Assembly (NCBI GenBank): GCA_964607415.1
Contig: CAZSKK010000002.1
Location: 73,991-137,990 of the forward strand
Length of the DNA: 64,000 nucleotides
Direction of reading: 5' to 3'
Source of the DNA: an uncultured Candidatus Saccharibacteria bacterium
GTDB lineage: Bacteria; Patescibacteriota; Dojkabacteria; J137
This document shows positions 18,943-29,042 of this stretch, in pieces. Numbering within the stretch: position 1 is the stretch's first letter; every line of letters starts with the position of its first letter. Made by a program: the position numbers and the translations under genes. The notes beneath the pieces are model-generated. The model did not search any database and was not told where the DNA came from. It saw only the letters and a program-made list of their open reading frames with translations.

Positions 18943-20409
18943 ATGAAGAAACCAAACAAAGATATAGTAAATCGAACTGTTTTATTAAGACTGATTTCTT
19001 TCTTTTTATTATTATCCTTTTTTATAGCTTCAGTTCTTGCAATTATTATAGCTCAAGGTAATATTATCGATTTATCTAATGGAGAAATTGTTACAACAGG
19101 TACCTTAAGAATTGAAAGCAATGTAAAAGATTACAAAGTTTTTTTTGAAGACAAAGAAGTAAGTATAAGTAACAACAGGGTTGAAGATCTGCAGCCAGGA
19201 GAGTATAAAATCAGGCTTGAAAAAGCAGGTTACTCATCATGGGAAAACCTTGTAAAAATAAGAGCTGGAATAATCTCATCAATTAACGTGCAATTATTTC
19301 CTTCTAAAATAAACATTCAACGTTTTATAGATTCAGATATTAAATTCGCCACCTATTCTGGAGATGGGAAATATATTTTCTACATTGTTTCTGATCCGAT
19401 TTCTTTTCAGAATAGCGGAATTTGGAGAAGGTCATTACAGTCTTCAATTATTTCTGTAATTGAGGACTCTAAATTAAAACTTATGGACTTAACTCCAGAA
19501 CTAGAAACCTTAATCGCTACCAATGAACTCCAGGTATTCGTGTCGCCTGATAATGAAAAACTACTTATAAAAAGTATTGACAATACATCTATACAAACTA
19601 TTTCGGCTAACAAGTTTAATGCACCAAATGATCAAGATTTGATAGAAATTCCTTATCCAGTAGGAAATTTACACTGGTTTAAAGATTCCAAACATCTAAT
19701 TGTAAATTCTGGTAATTTACTTTTCAGATACAACCTTGAAGATAAATCCACAAATTTAGTTAATGTTTTCGATAAAGATCAAATTTATAATCTCTCAAAT
19801 GATTTGGGACAAATATATTTTGTTAGAAATAATAAGCTATATAGGTTTGTCGATAGAAGTGAAGAAATCGTTCAGCTGGAAGGCGAAGATGTATTTACAG
19901 AATTAGAATACATAAAATCTATAGTTTATTCAAAAGATAACATTATTATAACCAATAACACCGATGGGCTTTATTACATTGATGTTGAAGCTGGCATCAA
20001 ACAAAACATAGGTAGCTATATCCTAATCTCTGCAAGCCCTGATAATAAGAATTTTCTTCTAGAAAAAGATGGTAATTACTTCGCTCTGGAACTTGAAAAA
20101 ATAGCTAATAACAAAAGTGTAAGCTTGAATTACCAAAAATCAGACATTACTTCACCAATTAATCAAGAAAGTATACACTGGTCAACAGATTCATCTTTTT
20201 TTACTTTTAAATATATTAATAATGCTGGGGTTATTTATGCAGCAAGTAGAAAAATAAATAATATTGTTGAACTTGTAAATTTAGAGAATACTCAAATTGG
20301 CAATAATACTTTAATTAATAAAAGCAATACCGAAATACTAATTCAAATAAACATTATTTCAGAAGAAACAGGGAAAGAAATTGCCTACATTTACAGGCTA
20401 GATATTTAA
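18943..20409 (+). CDS. Membrane-anchored PEGA-domain protein with a C-terminal beta-propeller-like region
   Basis: 488 aa. N-terminal TM, a PEGA-like stretch (...YKIRLEKAGYSSWENLVKIRAGIISSINVQLFP...), then repeated beta-rich segments (TolB-like). Divergently transcribed from the mreB paralogue. Confidence 0.45.
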   Translation: MKKPNKDIVNRTVLLRLISFFLLLSFFIASVLAIIIAQGNIIDLSNGEIVTTGTLRIESNVKDYKVFFEDKEVSISNNRVEDLQPGEYKIRLEKAGYSSWENLVKIRAGIISSINVQLFPSKINIQRFIDSDIKFATYSGDGKYIFYIVSDPISFQNSGIWRRSLQSSIISVIEDSKLKLMDLTPELETLIATNELQVFVSPDNEKLLIKSIDNTSIQTISANKFNAPNDQDLIEIPYPVGNLHWFKDSKHLIVNSGNLLFRYNLEDKSTNLVNVFDKDQIYNLSNDLGQIYFVRNNKLYRFVDRSEEIVQLEGEDVFTELEYIKSIVYSKDNIIITNNTDGLYYIDVEAGIKQNIGSYILISASPDNKNFLLEKDGNYFALELEKIANNKSVSLNYQKSDITSPINQESIHWSTDSSFFTFKYINNAGVIYAASRKINNIVELVNLENTQIGNNTLINKSNTEILIQINIISEETGKEIAYIYRLDI

Positions 20410-20455
20410 ATACCGTAGACTACAGTCAGGATAGCAATCTACGGTATTTTGTTTC
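20410..20455. terminator. Bidirectional hairpin terminator between convergent genes
   Basis: taccgtag-(19 nt)-ctacggta flanked by T/A runs, between the PEGA gene (+) and ndk (-). Confidence 0.5.
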
Positions 20456-20473
20456 TTAATTACATTTAATTTT

Positions 20474-21082
20474 CTAATTCTTTTTTTCAGATTCCCATTC
20501 CATTGAATAAAGAATTTTTTCTATTGCCAAATCATAGTCAAATATTTCTTTTTCGGTAAACCATACTTTAAGTTCTCTTTCAGCTTCATCAACGGAACTT
20601 GAAGCATGCACAAGATTTCTTGCAGCTCTATCCACCTCATCGGCAACAATATATGAATCTATGGTAAAATCTGCTCTAATTGTTCCTACGTCTGCAGACA
20701 ATGGGCTACCATGCCCTACAAGCTTCCTTACATGTTCAATTGCATGAGCTGATTCAATAACCATTGCAATTACTGGCCCAGCAGTTAAAAACCTTACTAA
20801 TTTTTCTTGCACTTTTTCCGCTAATTCAATGGGAGACTTATCTAATTCAATCCCCTTAGCTTTATAAATTTCAATTGTTCTGTTACCAGTTTTTGTTTTC
20901 TCTTCATCACTCCACCAGTAGTGTTTTCTTGCTTGTTCTTCTGTAGCCCAGACCATTTTCATTGCTGCTACTTTTAAACCTTTTTTTTCAAACCTTGATA
21001 AAATTTCGCCCATTAGCCCTCTTTGAACTGCATCGGGTTTTAGAAGAACCAAGGTTCTTTCGTGAGATTGTGTTTTAACCAT
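20474..21082 (-). CDS. ndk: Nucleoside diphosphate kinase with an internal insertion of about 45 aa
   Basis: 202 aa. ...RTLVLLKPDAVQRGLMGEILSRFEKKGLKVAAMKM... and the NLVHAS(S) active-site region. About 60 aa longer than typical Ndk, owing to an insert after the Kpn loop region. Confidence 0.8.
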   Translation of the reverse strand: MVKTQSHERTLVLLKPDAVQRGLMGEILSRFEKKGLKVAAMKMVWATEEQARKHYWWSDEEKTKTGNRTIEIYKAKGIELDKSPIELAEKVQEKLVRFLTAGPVIAMVIESAHAIEHVRKLVGHGSPLSADVGTIRADFTIDSYIVADEVDRAARNLVHASSSVDEAERELKVWFTEKEIFDYDLAIEKILYSMEWESEKKN

Positions 21083-21221
21083 AATAAAAATTTAAAAGTT
21101 AAATGTTAAATGAATAAGTTGATTGTCCTTAGCCAATAGTTATTATATTCTCAATAGCATGAATCGTGAATCACACATTCACGACGAATTTGGTCTAAGA
21201 GTTCAGTAACTTTATCTACTT

Positions 21222-21404
21222 AACAACATAAAATGTTGTTTCGGGAATGCCTTGTGATATCCCAAACAACACATTGTGTTGTTTGCAAAAATTATATACC
21301 CTTGATAGGAGTCGAACCTATTTCTTTTTTATATTCTCGACAGCATAATATGCTGTCTCGGGATTGCTCTATCCCAAAACATGACATTGTCATGTTTTGC
21401 AAAA
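21222..21404. repeat. Two tandem modules of [palindromic hairpin]-[tRNA-Arg D/anticodon-arm-like fragment]-[palindromic hairpin]-GCAAAA, plus a tRNA-Arg 3'-half-like fragment
   Basis: Module 1 (21222-21290): aacaacat-aaa-atgttgtt | tcgggaatgccttgtgatatccc | aaacaacac-att-gtgttgttt | gcaaaa. Module 2 (21339-21404): gacagcat-aat-atgctgtc | tcgggattgctctatccc | aaaacatgac-att-gtcatgtttt | gcaaaa. Between them, acccttgataggagtcgaacctat mimics the acceptor/T-arm of the adjacent tRNA-Arg. Confidence 0.6.
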
Positions 21405-21412
21405 CTAAAAAC

Positions 21413-21484
21413 TACCCTCACTAGGAATCGAACCTAGATCTAGGCGTTAGGAATGCCTTGTTCTATCCGTTGAACTATGAGGGC
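21413..21484 (-). tRNA. tRNA-Arg (anticodon CCT)
   Basis: Minus strand GCCCTCATAGTTCAACGGATAGAAC-AAGGCA-TTCCTAA-CGCCT-AGATC-TAGGTTCGATTCCTAG-TGAGGGT. There is one A-C mismatch at the base of the anticodon stem. Confidence 0.7.
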
Positions 21485-21581
21485 TTTTGTTACATCGAAT
21501 TATATAGCAGAATTCTTAACTGTGAAAGAATAAAATTAAAGAAACGAAGGCTTAAAGTAACTACCAACTTATTACTTAATC

Positions 21582-22823
21582 TTAATACGGTCTCCAGTAT
21601 GGTATATATGGCGCTGTATCAACTGCGAACCCGCCAACTTTTAAAGTCAAGTGAAGGTGAGTACCAGTGCAATTGCCTGTACACCCCATATTCAGGATCT
21701 CCTGCCCTCCATATACTGTGTCCCCTGCTCTAACCCATACATTTCCATCTCCGTGATAGTAGTATGACCTTATCCCATTACCATGATCTATTACTACAGA
21801 ATAACCTCCACCTGCAACTACTTCCCACCCTGCAACTACAACTTTACCCGCAGCAATAGCCCTGATAGGACACCCTCCTCCTTTTGCAAGGTCAACTCCA
21901 TCATGCCATCCTGAAAAGCCTCTACTCCATGAGTATCCGGCACACGAAGGATGAGACAACGGATCAACAAAGTTAAGCCCATTTAAAGCTTGAACTTGTA
22001 CATCAGTTAAAATTGAAGCACTAGTATAAGGAGCGGAAAAATATGATGATGGACCTGGTATTGGTGGAGGTGGAGCTGGTAAGCTTCCTCCAGGAATTAG
22101 AACTCTAAAATCCTGAGCTAGTGTTTTATTAGCATCATTTATCTGATTAATTTCTAAAACTTCAAATTGATCACCATTCTTAACCTGGCTTAAAATCCAA
22201 CTTATTGTGTCTCCTGATTTTGCTTTATATAAGACTCCATTAATTTCTGGAATATATAAAATGTCCCCAGGTTTAAGATTCTCTTGGTAATAATCTATCT
22301 TATCCCTATTAGAATCTTTGATTGTTTCTTTTGAAATACTATATTTTTTAGCAAGATCTTCAAGCTTATCTCCCGATTGAACGGTGTATTCGAAAATTCT
22401 AAAGTTTGAAGGAGTGGTTGAAGCTAAAACAGTTTGTATGCTTCCGCCCTGCTCCAATACGTCAATGTTACTTATAATTCCAGATCCGGATTCTATGGTT
22501 GCATTTACTTGACTACTTTCACTGATTCTTGAAGAAATTCCCGTTACTAAAATAGACACAGTTAGAATTACAAAAAGAGTATGCAAAATCTTTTTATACA
22601 AATTTCCTCTACCCCAGAATAACCTATAAACAAAGCCTGTTTTTACATTCAATGAAATTTCAAATAAAGAACCGACAATAATTGGTATTATTTGAGAAAG
22701 TTTTTTCAAAGCCATAATCAATAGTCCCAGCAAATTTACCGGTATATTAATTATGTTTTTGGCTATATTCTTTGTTTTTAAATTCTTTAAAGGTTTGACC
22801 TTTAAAGATCTTATTTTCTTCAC
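21582..22823 (-). CDS. Membrane-anchored LysM-domain M23 (LytM-type) peptidoglycan endopeptidase
   Basis: 413 aa. TM segments, two LysM motifs (YTVQSGDKLEDLAKKY..., YKAKSGDTISWIL...) and a C-terminal M23 catalytic region (...HDGVDLA..., ...GTHLHL...). Confidence 0.8.
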   Translation of the reverse strand: MKKIRSLKVKPLKNLKTKNIAKNIINIPVNLLGLLIMALKKLSQIIPIIVGSLFEISLNVKTGFVYRLFWGRGNLYKKILHTLFVILTVSILVTGISSRISESSQVNATIESGSGIISNIDVLEQGGSIQTVLASTTPSNFRIFEYTVQSGDKLEDLAKKYSISKETIKDSNRDKIDYYQENLKPGDILYIPEINGVLYKAKSGDTISWILSQVKNGDQFEVLEINQINDANKTLAQDFRVLIPGGSLPAPPPPIPGPSSYFSAPYTSASILTDVQVQALNGLNFVDPLSHPSCAGYSWSRGFSGWHDGVDLAKGGGCPIRAIAAGKVVVAGWEVVAGGGYSVVIDHGNGIRSYYYHGDGNVWVRAGDTVYGGQEILNMGCTGNCTGTHLHLTLKVGGFAVDTAPYIPYWRPY

Positions 22824-22897
22824 TTTTATTTAGTTTTAATATAAAAGATTATTAGAAACCTTCTACAATTATACCAAAAAATGCGTTTTATTTCCTC

Positions 22898-24187
22898 CTA
22901 TAAAGGCTCATGCAATGTTGCAAGAAATTCCTCATTATTTTTAGTCTTTTTTAATCTTTGAACCAAAACTTCTGTAGGATTTGAATTTGTCTCAGCTTTC
23001 AAAGTATCCAACATACGTACAACTTTCCAACTTTGAGCCAATACTTCAGGTGATAGCAATTTATCTTCATTTCTTGTATAAGATGAAGTAACATCTATTG
23101 CTGGGTAAATTCTTCTTTCTGTAAGCCTTCTATCAAGTTTAACTTCCATGTTTCCTGTACCTTTGAACTCTTCAAAAATAACATCGTCCATTTTACTTCC
23201 AGTATCAACAAGTGCCGTTGCAATAATAGTTAAACTACCACCATTTTCCATGTTTCTTGCAGCTCCAAAGAATTTCTTTGGAGGATAAACAGCAACAGGA
23301 TCAAAACCTCCCGATAGAGTTCTACCTGAAGGAGGAGCAGTTATGTTATATGCTCTAGCAAGCCTTGTAATACTATCCATTAAAATAACTACATCTTTTC
23401 CCATTTCTACAAGCCTCTTAGCTCGCTCGACCGCCATTTCAGCAATCTTTGTATGATACTCAGGTGGTTCATCAAAATTTGCTGCAATCACTTCTCCTTT
23501 AACAAATCTTCTCAAATCAGTCACTTCCTCTGGTCTTTCACCAACTAAAACCACCATTAAGTGAATTTCAGGATGGTTAGCAGCAACCCCTGCAGCAATA
23601 TCCTTAAGCAACCATGTCTTACCAGCTTTAGGAGGGGCTACGATCATGCCTCTTTGACCTTTACCTATTGGGCAAAGAACATCAATAATTCTTGTTGCTA
23701 AAGTATGCTGATCTGTTTCCAGTTTTATTTGCTCATCTGGGTAAATTGGAGTTAATTCCATAAATGAAGGTCTAGCAATTGCATATTCGGGGCTCATTCC
23801 GTTAATAGCTTCAATTTTAAGAAGGCTCAAATATCTTTCCCCTTCTTTAGGTGGCCTTGCTTGTCCTGAGATAAAATCACCTTGCCTTAAATTGAACCTT
23901 TTTATTTGTGAGCTTGAAACATATACATCATTTTCACCGGGTAACATTGAAAGGGATCTTAAAACACCGTGAGAATCTTTTACAAGTTCCAAATAACCTT
24001 CAGCAAAAATATTTCCACCTCTTTTAGTTTGCTCTGCAAGTATTTGTAAAATCAGTTCGTTTTTTTTGTAGTCCTGCAAGTTCTTTATATCAAGTTTACC
24101 TGCAAGCTTTCTAAGTTCCGCTAATGTTTTATCTTCAAGTTCTTTAAGACTTGTAGACTGAACAATATTATCTTTCTGAACAGCCAT
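22898..24187 (-). CDS. rho: Transcription termination factor Rho
   Basis: 429 aa. N-terminal OB RNA-binding domain, Walker A (...[17 protein letters not shown]...), Q and R loops. Confidence 0.9.
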   Translation of the reverse strand: MAVQKDNIVQSTSLKELEDKTLAELRKLAGKLDIKNLQDYKKNELILQILAEQTKRGGNIFAEGYLELVKDSHGVLRSLSMLPGENDVYVSSSQIKRFNLRQGDFISGQARPPKEGERYLSLLKIEAINGMSPEYAIARPSFMELTPIYPDEQIKLETDQHTLATRIIDVLCPIGKGQRGMIVAPPKAGKTWLLKDIAAGVAANHPEIHLMVVLVGERPEEVTDLRRFVKGEVIAANFDEPPEYHTKIAEMAVERAKRLVEMGKDVVILMDSITRLARAYNITAPPSGRTLSGGFDPVAVYPPKKFFGAARNMENGGSLTIIATALVDTGSKMDDVIFEEFKGTGNMEVKLDRRLTERRIYPAIDVTSSYTRNEDKLLSPEVLAQSWKVVRMLDTLKAETNSNPTEVLVQRLKKTKNNEEFLATLHEPL

Positions 24188-24781
24188 AATAATGAAAAGT
24201 TAATAGTTAAATATATTTAATAATAAATTTACAATTTTTAATTTTTAAACAATTTTCAAGAATTTAAATCACAAATAGCTAAATCTGAACAGTTTAATGC
24301 CTTAAGTTTTAAATTTTTCTATGTTATTAATTTCAAATTAAAAATTAGAAATTGACTCCTGGGGAATTAATTGCGAGAGATCTCAGTAACAATATATATA
24401 AAAAAATAAAATGAATCAATACGTTTGTGAAATTTAATTTAAGAAGCAATTGCTATTTAATCCGAGAGTCCAGTAAGTTCAATCCCGGATTGGGAAATGA
24501 TGTACGCGAACCAGACTCTGGGACCAAATAGCAATTGTAAAAGAACGTAAATTAACGATTTCTATACCTATTATACCCTATAAATTCACTTCGTCAAGTC
24601 TTATAGTATTTTTTTTATACCGTCTTATAGTATTTTGGGGGTGCTGCAAAAATTCACAAAATTACCGCCTGATCTTTAAATACAGGTGTAATAAGATCTT
24701 AGCGAACAGATAGCCAATTTAACGGTTTCTGAAAAATTTGGGAAAAATTTGGGAAGCGATGCTGTTTTTGGGAGTCATTAA

Positions 24782-27355
24782 TTATTTTTCCATCTCAAAA
24801 CTTACTCTTTTATTTTTTAATACAGCATTAATTCTAAGCAATTCCTTCCTTTTTCTAATAACTTTAGTTTGAAGCAGGAATGTAGCAAGTCCATCTTCAA
24901 GTACCTCAGTTACTTTTCTTCTTATATTTCTCCCTCCATATTCTTTACTATAGCCATGCTCATTTATATATTTAGCTACAGAATCGGATACATTTAACAT
25001 TATGCCTTTCTCTATAAGTCTCAAGATCAGTTCGTTTACAAGATTTTTAGAAATTTGCAAACAATCATCCTTATTCAAACCCCTGAATACATTTATAGAA
25101 TCTATTCTGTTAATAAATTCTGGAGTTAACGAAAATTTTAATTCCTCAAGGATCCTTTCCCTCATCTCATCATATGCAGTCTCTACCTCTGCATCATTCT
25201 TAGATTCTATAGGGATATCAAATCCAAGTTTTGTATCTTTTGAAACTTTCTCCGCACCAATATTCGAAGTCATTATGATAATACAATTTTTAAAGCTTAC
25301 CTTAATCCCTTTAGAATCTGTAAGATTCCCCTCCTCTAAAATTTGCAAAAGTACATTTAGTGTATCAGCATGAGCCTTTTCAATTTCATCAAAAAGAATT
25401 ACAGAATATGGCTTTCTCCTCACAAAAGTCGTTAGCTGGCCGCCTTCCTGATGCCCAACGTATCCAGGAGGAGATCCAATAAGCTTAGAAACGCTGTGCA
25501 TTTCCATAAACTCACTCATATCAACTTGATACAAAAGATTACTGGAGCCAAACAGTTCTTTCGCAAGAGTTTTAGCAAGCTCTGTTTTGCCTACTCCTGT
25601 TGGACCCAGGAACAAAAATGATGCCAGAGGTCTTTTTTCATCGTTTAATCCTAAATGCGATCTTTGTATCGCAAGTGATACGTTTTCTACCACATTATCT
25701 TGCCCCACTATACTCTCTTTAAGCTTTGAGGTTAATGTCTTTAAAGTTTTATCGGATATGTCGCTGGCTGCGATTGGGATTTTTGTCCACTCAACAATAA
25801 TGCTTCGTATCAAATCTGCATCTACTTTCTGAGCAAACTTTGTTTTAGGTTTCTTCTTACCTTCAATTATATCTTCAATCTCATCTACTATAATGTCTTC
25901 TTCCTGTTTAAATTTAGAAGCGATTTCGTAATTAGAGGCATCAAGTGCTTGCTGTTTTTTATTTTGAATTTTAATTAACTTATTTCCTAAAGAGCTTAAT
26001 TCAGGTTCTATTGCTACTTCTCTACCAATTTTTACACTAGCAGCGGCTTCATCAATCAAATCGATTGCTTTATCTGGTAAATACCTATCTTGAATAAATT
26101 TAGACGACAAAACAACAGCATCATCAATTGCTTCCTTACTAATTTTAACCTTATGAAAAGATTCAAATTGAGGAACCAAGTTATATAAAATCTCTTTTGC
26201 ACTTTCCACGTTTATTTCATCAACCATAATGGGCTGAAACCGCCTTTTTAGAGCAGAATCCTCCTCGAAGTACTTGTTGTACTCATCATAGGTTGTAGCG
26301 CCTATTACGGTCAATTCTGAGCTTGTAAGATATGGTTTTAATATGTTTGCAATATCGAGCGAGTCTTTTCCTCCACTGGACCCAGCTCCAACAATCATAT
26401 GTATCTCATCAATAAACAGAATTGTTTGGCCATCTTCGATCACTTCATCTATTACTCCTTTAATCCTTTCCTCCACATCTCCCCTTAATCTTGCACCAGC
26501 TATAATAGATGAAATATCAAGGCTCATTACCCTTTTATTAATAAAAGATGCAGGCAGTTGTTTATTTACAAGCAAATTAACAAAACCTTCAACTATTGCT
26601 GTTTTACCAACACCAGCATCTCCAACTAAAATTGCATTATTCTTTGTTTTCCTTGAAAGTATATGAATTAACCTTTGTATTTCTTTATCGCGACCAGTAA
26701 TATTATGATATTTCCCCTGAGCCGCTATTTCATTCATATCTCTACAGAAATATGGCATCTGCGCTTCCTCTTCTTTGCTTCTAAGAAAATCTTTGCCAAA
26801 TGGAACTCCTAATGATGAAAATGGATCATCTTTAGTTTCAAAATTTGAATCTTTTAATGGATAACTTCCGATTGATATCAATGTTTTTCTTAGTGATTCA
26901 TAATCTATACCTATTTTCTTTACATCTTCTATAAAGTCAATTCCAGGAGTTCTAAACATTGACAGTAAAATATGTTCCGTTCCTACGTAAACATGATTTA
27001 AATCAGAAGCAACAAGGAAACTTTCGTTTAAAACATTTTTGATCTGTATAGAAAATCCTGGTTTAGTTATTACTTCTAAATTTAGTGGATTCAAATCAGA
27101 AGGACTATATTCACTTAGTTTACTTCTTACACGTTTAATTGTTGCTTCTATGTCAATTCCAAGTCTATTAAATACTTCATCAACAACACCATTTTTATCA
27201 AGCATAAGACTTAGGAAAAGATGAATAGGCATGTATTCAAAAGCTTTATTTTCTAAAGCAATCCTGTACCCTTCACCTATTATCCTTCGTGCATTTATGG
27301 TGAATCTATTTACTCCTTTTATATCTTCTTCGTTCAGAGGTATATTGCTATTCAT
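24782..27355 (-). CDS. clpC: Clp/Hsp100 family chaperone ATPase, ClpC-like (two AAA+ modules, short M-domain, LGF-type loop)
   Basis: 857 aa. N-terminal Clp_N repeats, D1 Walker A LVGDAGVGKTAI, D2 Walker A FLGPTGVGKTELAK, sensor ...LFDEIEKAH... A ...KLGFDIP... loop suggests ClpP coupling. ClpB cannot be excluded. Confidence 0.6.
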   Translation of the reverse strand: MNSNIPLNEEDIKGVNRFTINARRIIGEGYRIALENKAFEYMPIHLFLSLMLDKNGVVDEVFNRLGIDIEATIKRVRSKLSEYSPSDLNPLNLEVITKPGFSIQIKNVLNESFLVASDLNHVYVGTEHILLSMFRTPGIDFIEDVKKIGIDYESLRKTLISIGSYPLKDSNFETKDDPFSSLGVPFGKDFLRSKEEEAQMPYFCRDMNEIAAQGKYHNITGRDKEIQRLIHILSRKTKNNAILVGDAGVGKTAIVEGFVNLLVNKQLPASFINKRVMSLDISSIIAGARLRGDVEERIKGVIDEVIEDGQTILFIDEIHMIVGAGSSGGKDSLDIANILKPYLTSSELTVIGATTYDEYNKYFEEDSALKRRFQPIMVDEINVESAKEILYNLVPQFESFHKVKISKEAIDDAVVLSSKFIQDRYLPDKAIDLIDEAAASVKIGREVAIEPELSSLGNKLIKIQNKKQQALDASNYEIASKFKQEEDIIVDEIEDIIEGKKKPKTKFAQKVDADLIRSIIVEWTKIPIAASDISDKTLKTLTSKLKESIVGQDNVVENVSLAIQRSHLGLNDEKRPLASFLFLGPTGVGKTELAKTLAKELFGSSNLLYQVDMSEFMEMHSVSKLIGSPPGYVGHQEGGQLTTFVRRKPYSVILFDEIEKAHADTLNVLLQILEEGNLTDSKGIKVSFKNCIIIMTSNIGAEKVSKDTKLGFDIPIESKNDAEVETAYDEMRERILEELKFSLTPEFINRIDSINVFRGLNKDDCLQISKNLVNELILRLIEKGIMLNVSDSVAKYINEHGYSKEYGGRNIRRKVTEVLEDGLATFLLQTKVIRKRKELLRINAVLKNKRVSFEMEK

Positions 27356-27459
27356 AAAATGATTTGGTTAACTAAACAACAAATATTATATCATAGGGGT
27401 TTAGGTAATCATGCCAAGGATTTTAAGGCGAATCCTAAATGTCGTTTGGATTCTTTCAT

Positions 27460-27496
27460 TACGCAAAAGAGGCGGAAATAAATTTCCGCCTCTTTT
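27460..27496 (-). terminator. Rho-independent terminator downstream of rpsA
   Basis: aaagaggcggaaa-taaa-tttccgcctcttt on the plus strand reads as stem-loop plus U-run on the minus strand, immediately 3' of rpsA. Confidence 0.6.
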
Positions 27497-27515
27497 AAAG
27501 TCTCTAGTTTAAAAC

Positions 27516-28757
27516 CTATTCCTCTTCCTTTACATCTTCAAGAATCGCATCCAATCCCTCCATTTCTCTCGAGCTTTCTTCTACTTTTTCTGTGTCTTCT
27601 GATTCTGTTGCTTTTGATTTGGTTTTAGCAGCAAGCCTCTTTAAGCTCAAGCCTAAATGCCTGTCTTCATTTGAAATAGAAATAATCATAACCTTAACTT
27701 TATCTCCAATGTTTACTATTTGTGAAGGATCTTTAACAAGTTTGTTTGAAAGCTCAGAAATATGAATTAATCCGTTTAATCCTTCTTCGATTCTTACGAA
27801 TGCTCCATAATCTGCAAGACTTTTGATTTCTCCTTCAACAATTTGTCCAATCTTATACTTCTTAACAATGTTCTGCCATGGATCTTGAATAAGTCTTTTG
27901 ATACTGTAAGCAACTTTCTTACCGTTATCCATTAATCCAATTAATTGTACAGTAACTTTATCTCCAACTTTGAAAAGATCTGCTGGATTTGAAACTTTGT
28001 CCCATGAGATTTCTGACAAATGAACCAGTCCTTCAAGCCCTTTAGCATTTACGAATAGACCAAATGGTGCAATTCCTGTTACAACCCCATCTAATTTGTC
28101 TCCAACTTTCAAATTTTCTAAAGTTTCTTTTCTTTGATTAACATCTGTATCAGAATATGCATATCGTTCAGAAAGAATTACTCTATTTTTCTGTTTTTCA
28201 ATTTCCATTACTTTAACTTGAAGCTCCTCGCCAATCATTTCTGCCAATTTACCTTGAAGTTGTTTTGTAGCATCTTCTTTACTATTGTATGAACCTCCAG
28301 AATAAATTCTGCTATTTTTTAATTGAGAGCTTGGAACAAATCCTCTTAAGCCACCTCCTATTTCTACAATAACTCCCCCAGTATTAGCTTCAATTACTTT
28401 AACAGTAATTGCGGAATCATTTTTCTTAGCTTCATCAAGCTCATGCCATTTAAGCGCTACACCTGTCCTTCTGATTGAAAGTTCTATTAAACCTTCTTCA
28501 TTTTCAGGTTTTACTACAAAAGCGATAACTTTATCGCCAATTTTTTTTGCGATTTTTTCACCATCAAATCTAAGTTCTTTTCCTGAAATAACACCTTCTG
28601 CTCTACCTTCAACGTCAACTATAAGTTCTCCTGGTTTTACAGCGACAACACTACCCTCAATAATTTGACCTTTTTTGTATGTTTTTGGGAATTTGATTCC
28701 TTCAAGGAGTTTATCCATTTCACTGGATGATTTTGCTGCAAGAGTTTTTTTTGCCAT
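27516..28757 (-). CDS. rpsA: 30S ribosomal protein S1 (short, about 4 S1 domains)
   Basis: 413 aa with repeated S1 OB-fold motifs (...GQIIEGSVVAV..., ...GDKVTVQLIGL...) and an acidic C-terminus. Confidence 0.85.
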   Translation of the reverse strand: MAKKTLAAKSSSEMDKLLEGIKFPKTYKKGQIIEGSVVAVKPGELIVDVEGRAEGVISGKELRFDGEKIAKKIGDKVIAFVVKPENEEGLIELSIRRTGVALKWHELDEAKKNDSAITVKVIEANTGGVIVEIGGGLRGFVPSSQLKNSRIYSGGSYNSKEDATKQLQGKLAEMIGEELQVKVMEIEKQKNRVILSERYAYSDTDVNQRKETLENLKVGDKLDGVVTGIAPFGLFVNAKGLEGLVHLSEISWDKVSNPADLFKVGDKVTVQLIGLMDNGKKVAYSIKRLIQDPWQNIVKKYKIGQIVEGEIKSLADYGAFVRIEEGLNGLIHISELSNKLVKDPSQIVNIGDKVKVMIISISNEDRHLGLSLKRLAAKTKSKATESEDTEKVEESSREMEGLDAILEDVKEEE

Positions 28758-29042
28758 TTTAATTTTGTCTGGTTAAATCACCAAGACTAAAAGAGATCCA
28801 AAAATAAAAAATTTGCTCTGTCTCTTAAAGAGCGTATAGCTGATAGCATATAGCACATAGTTAACAGCTCCTCAGATATTCCAATTACGCTATTCGCTAT
28901 GTGCTATTTGCTTATTGCTAATAAAAAACCGGCGACTACCTTAGTTATTTAATTAAGTTTCTTCTGCTAAACGCAGGTAGGAGCTTTAATTAAATTGAAA
29001 AATTCTAAGAAGCGTCTGTTTGATTTTAGATTTTTAATGAAA

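Noticed and set aside
21233-21733. Track ORFs 21233..21424 and 21458..21733 (TTG start).
   Set aside because: They overlap the tRNA-Arg gene and its hairpin/tRNA-fragment repeat field, and the second runs antisense into the M23 peptidase gene. No protein features are present.
24782-27355. Assigning the 857-aa Hsp100 protein as ClpB.
   Set aside because: The middle coiled-coil region is short and a LGF-type ClpP-docking loop is present, which favours ClpC. The call is kept as ClpC-like at moderate confidence.
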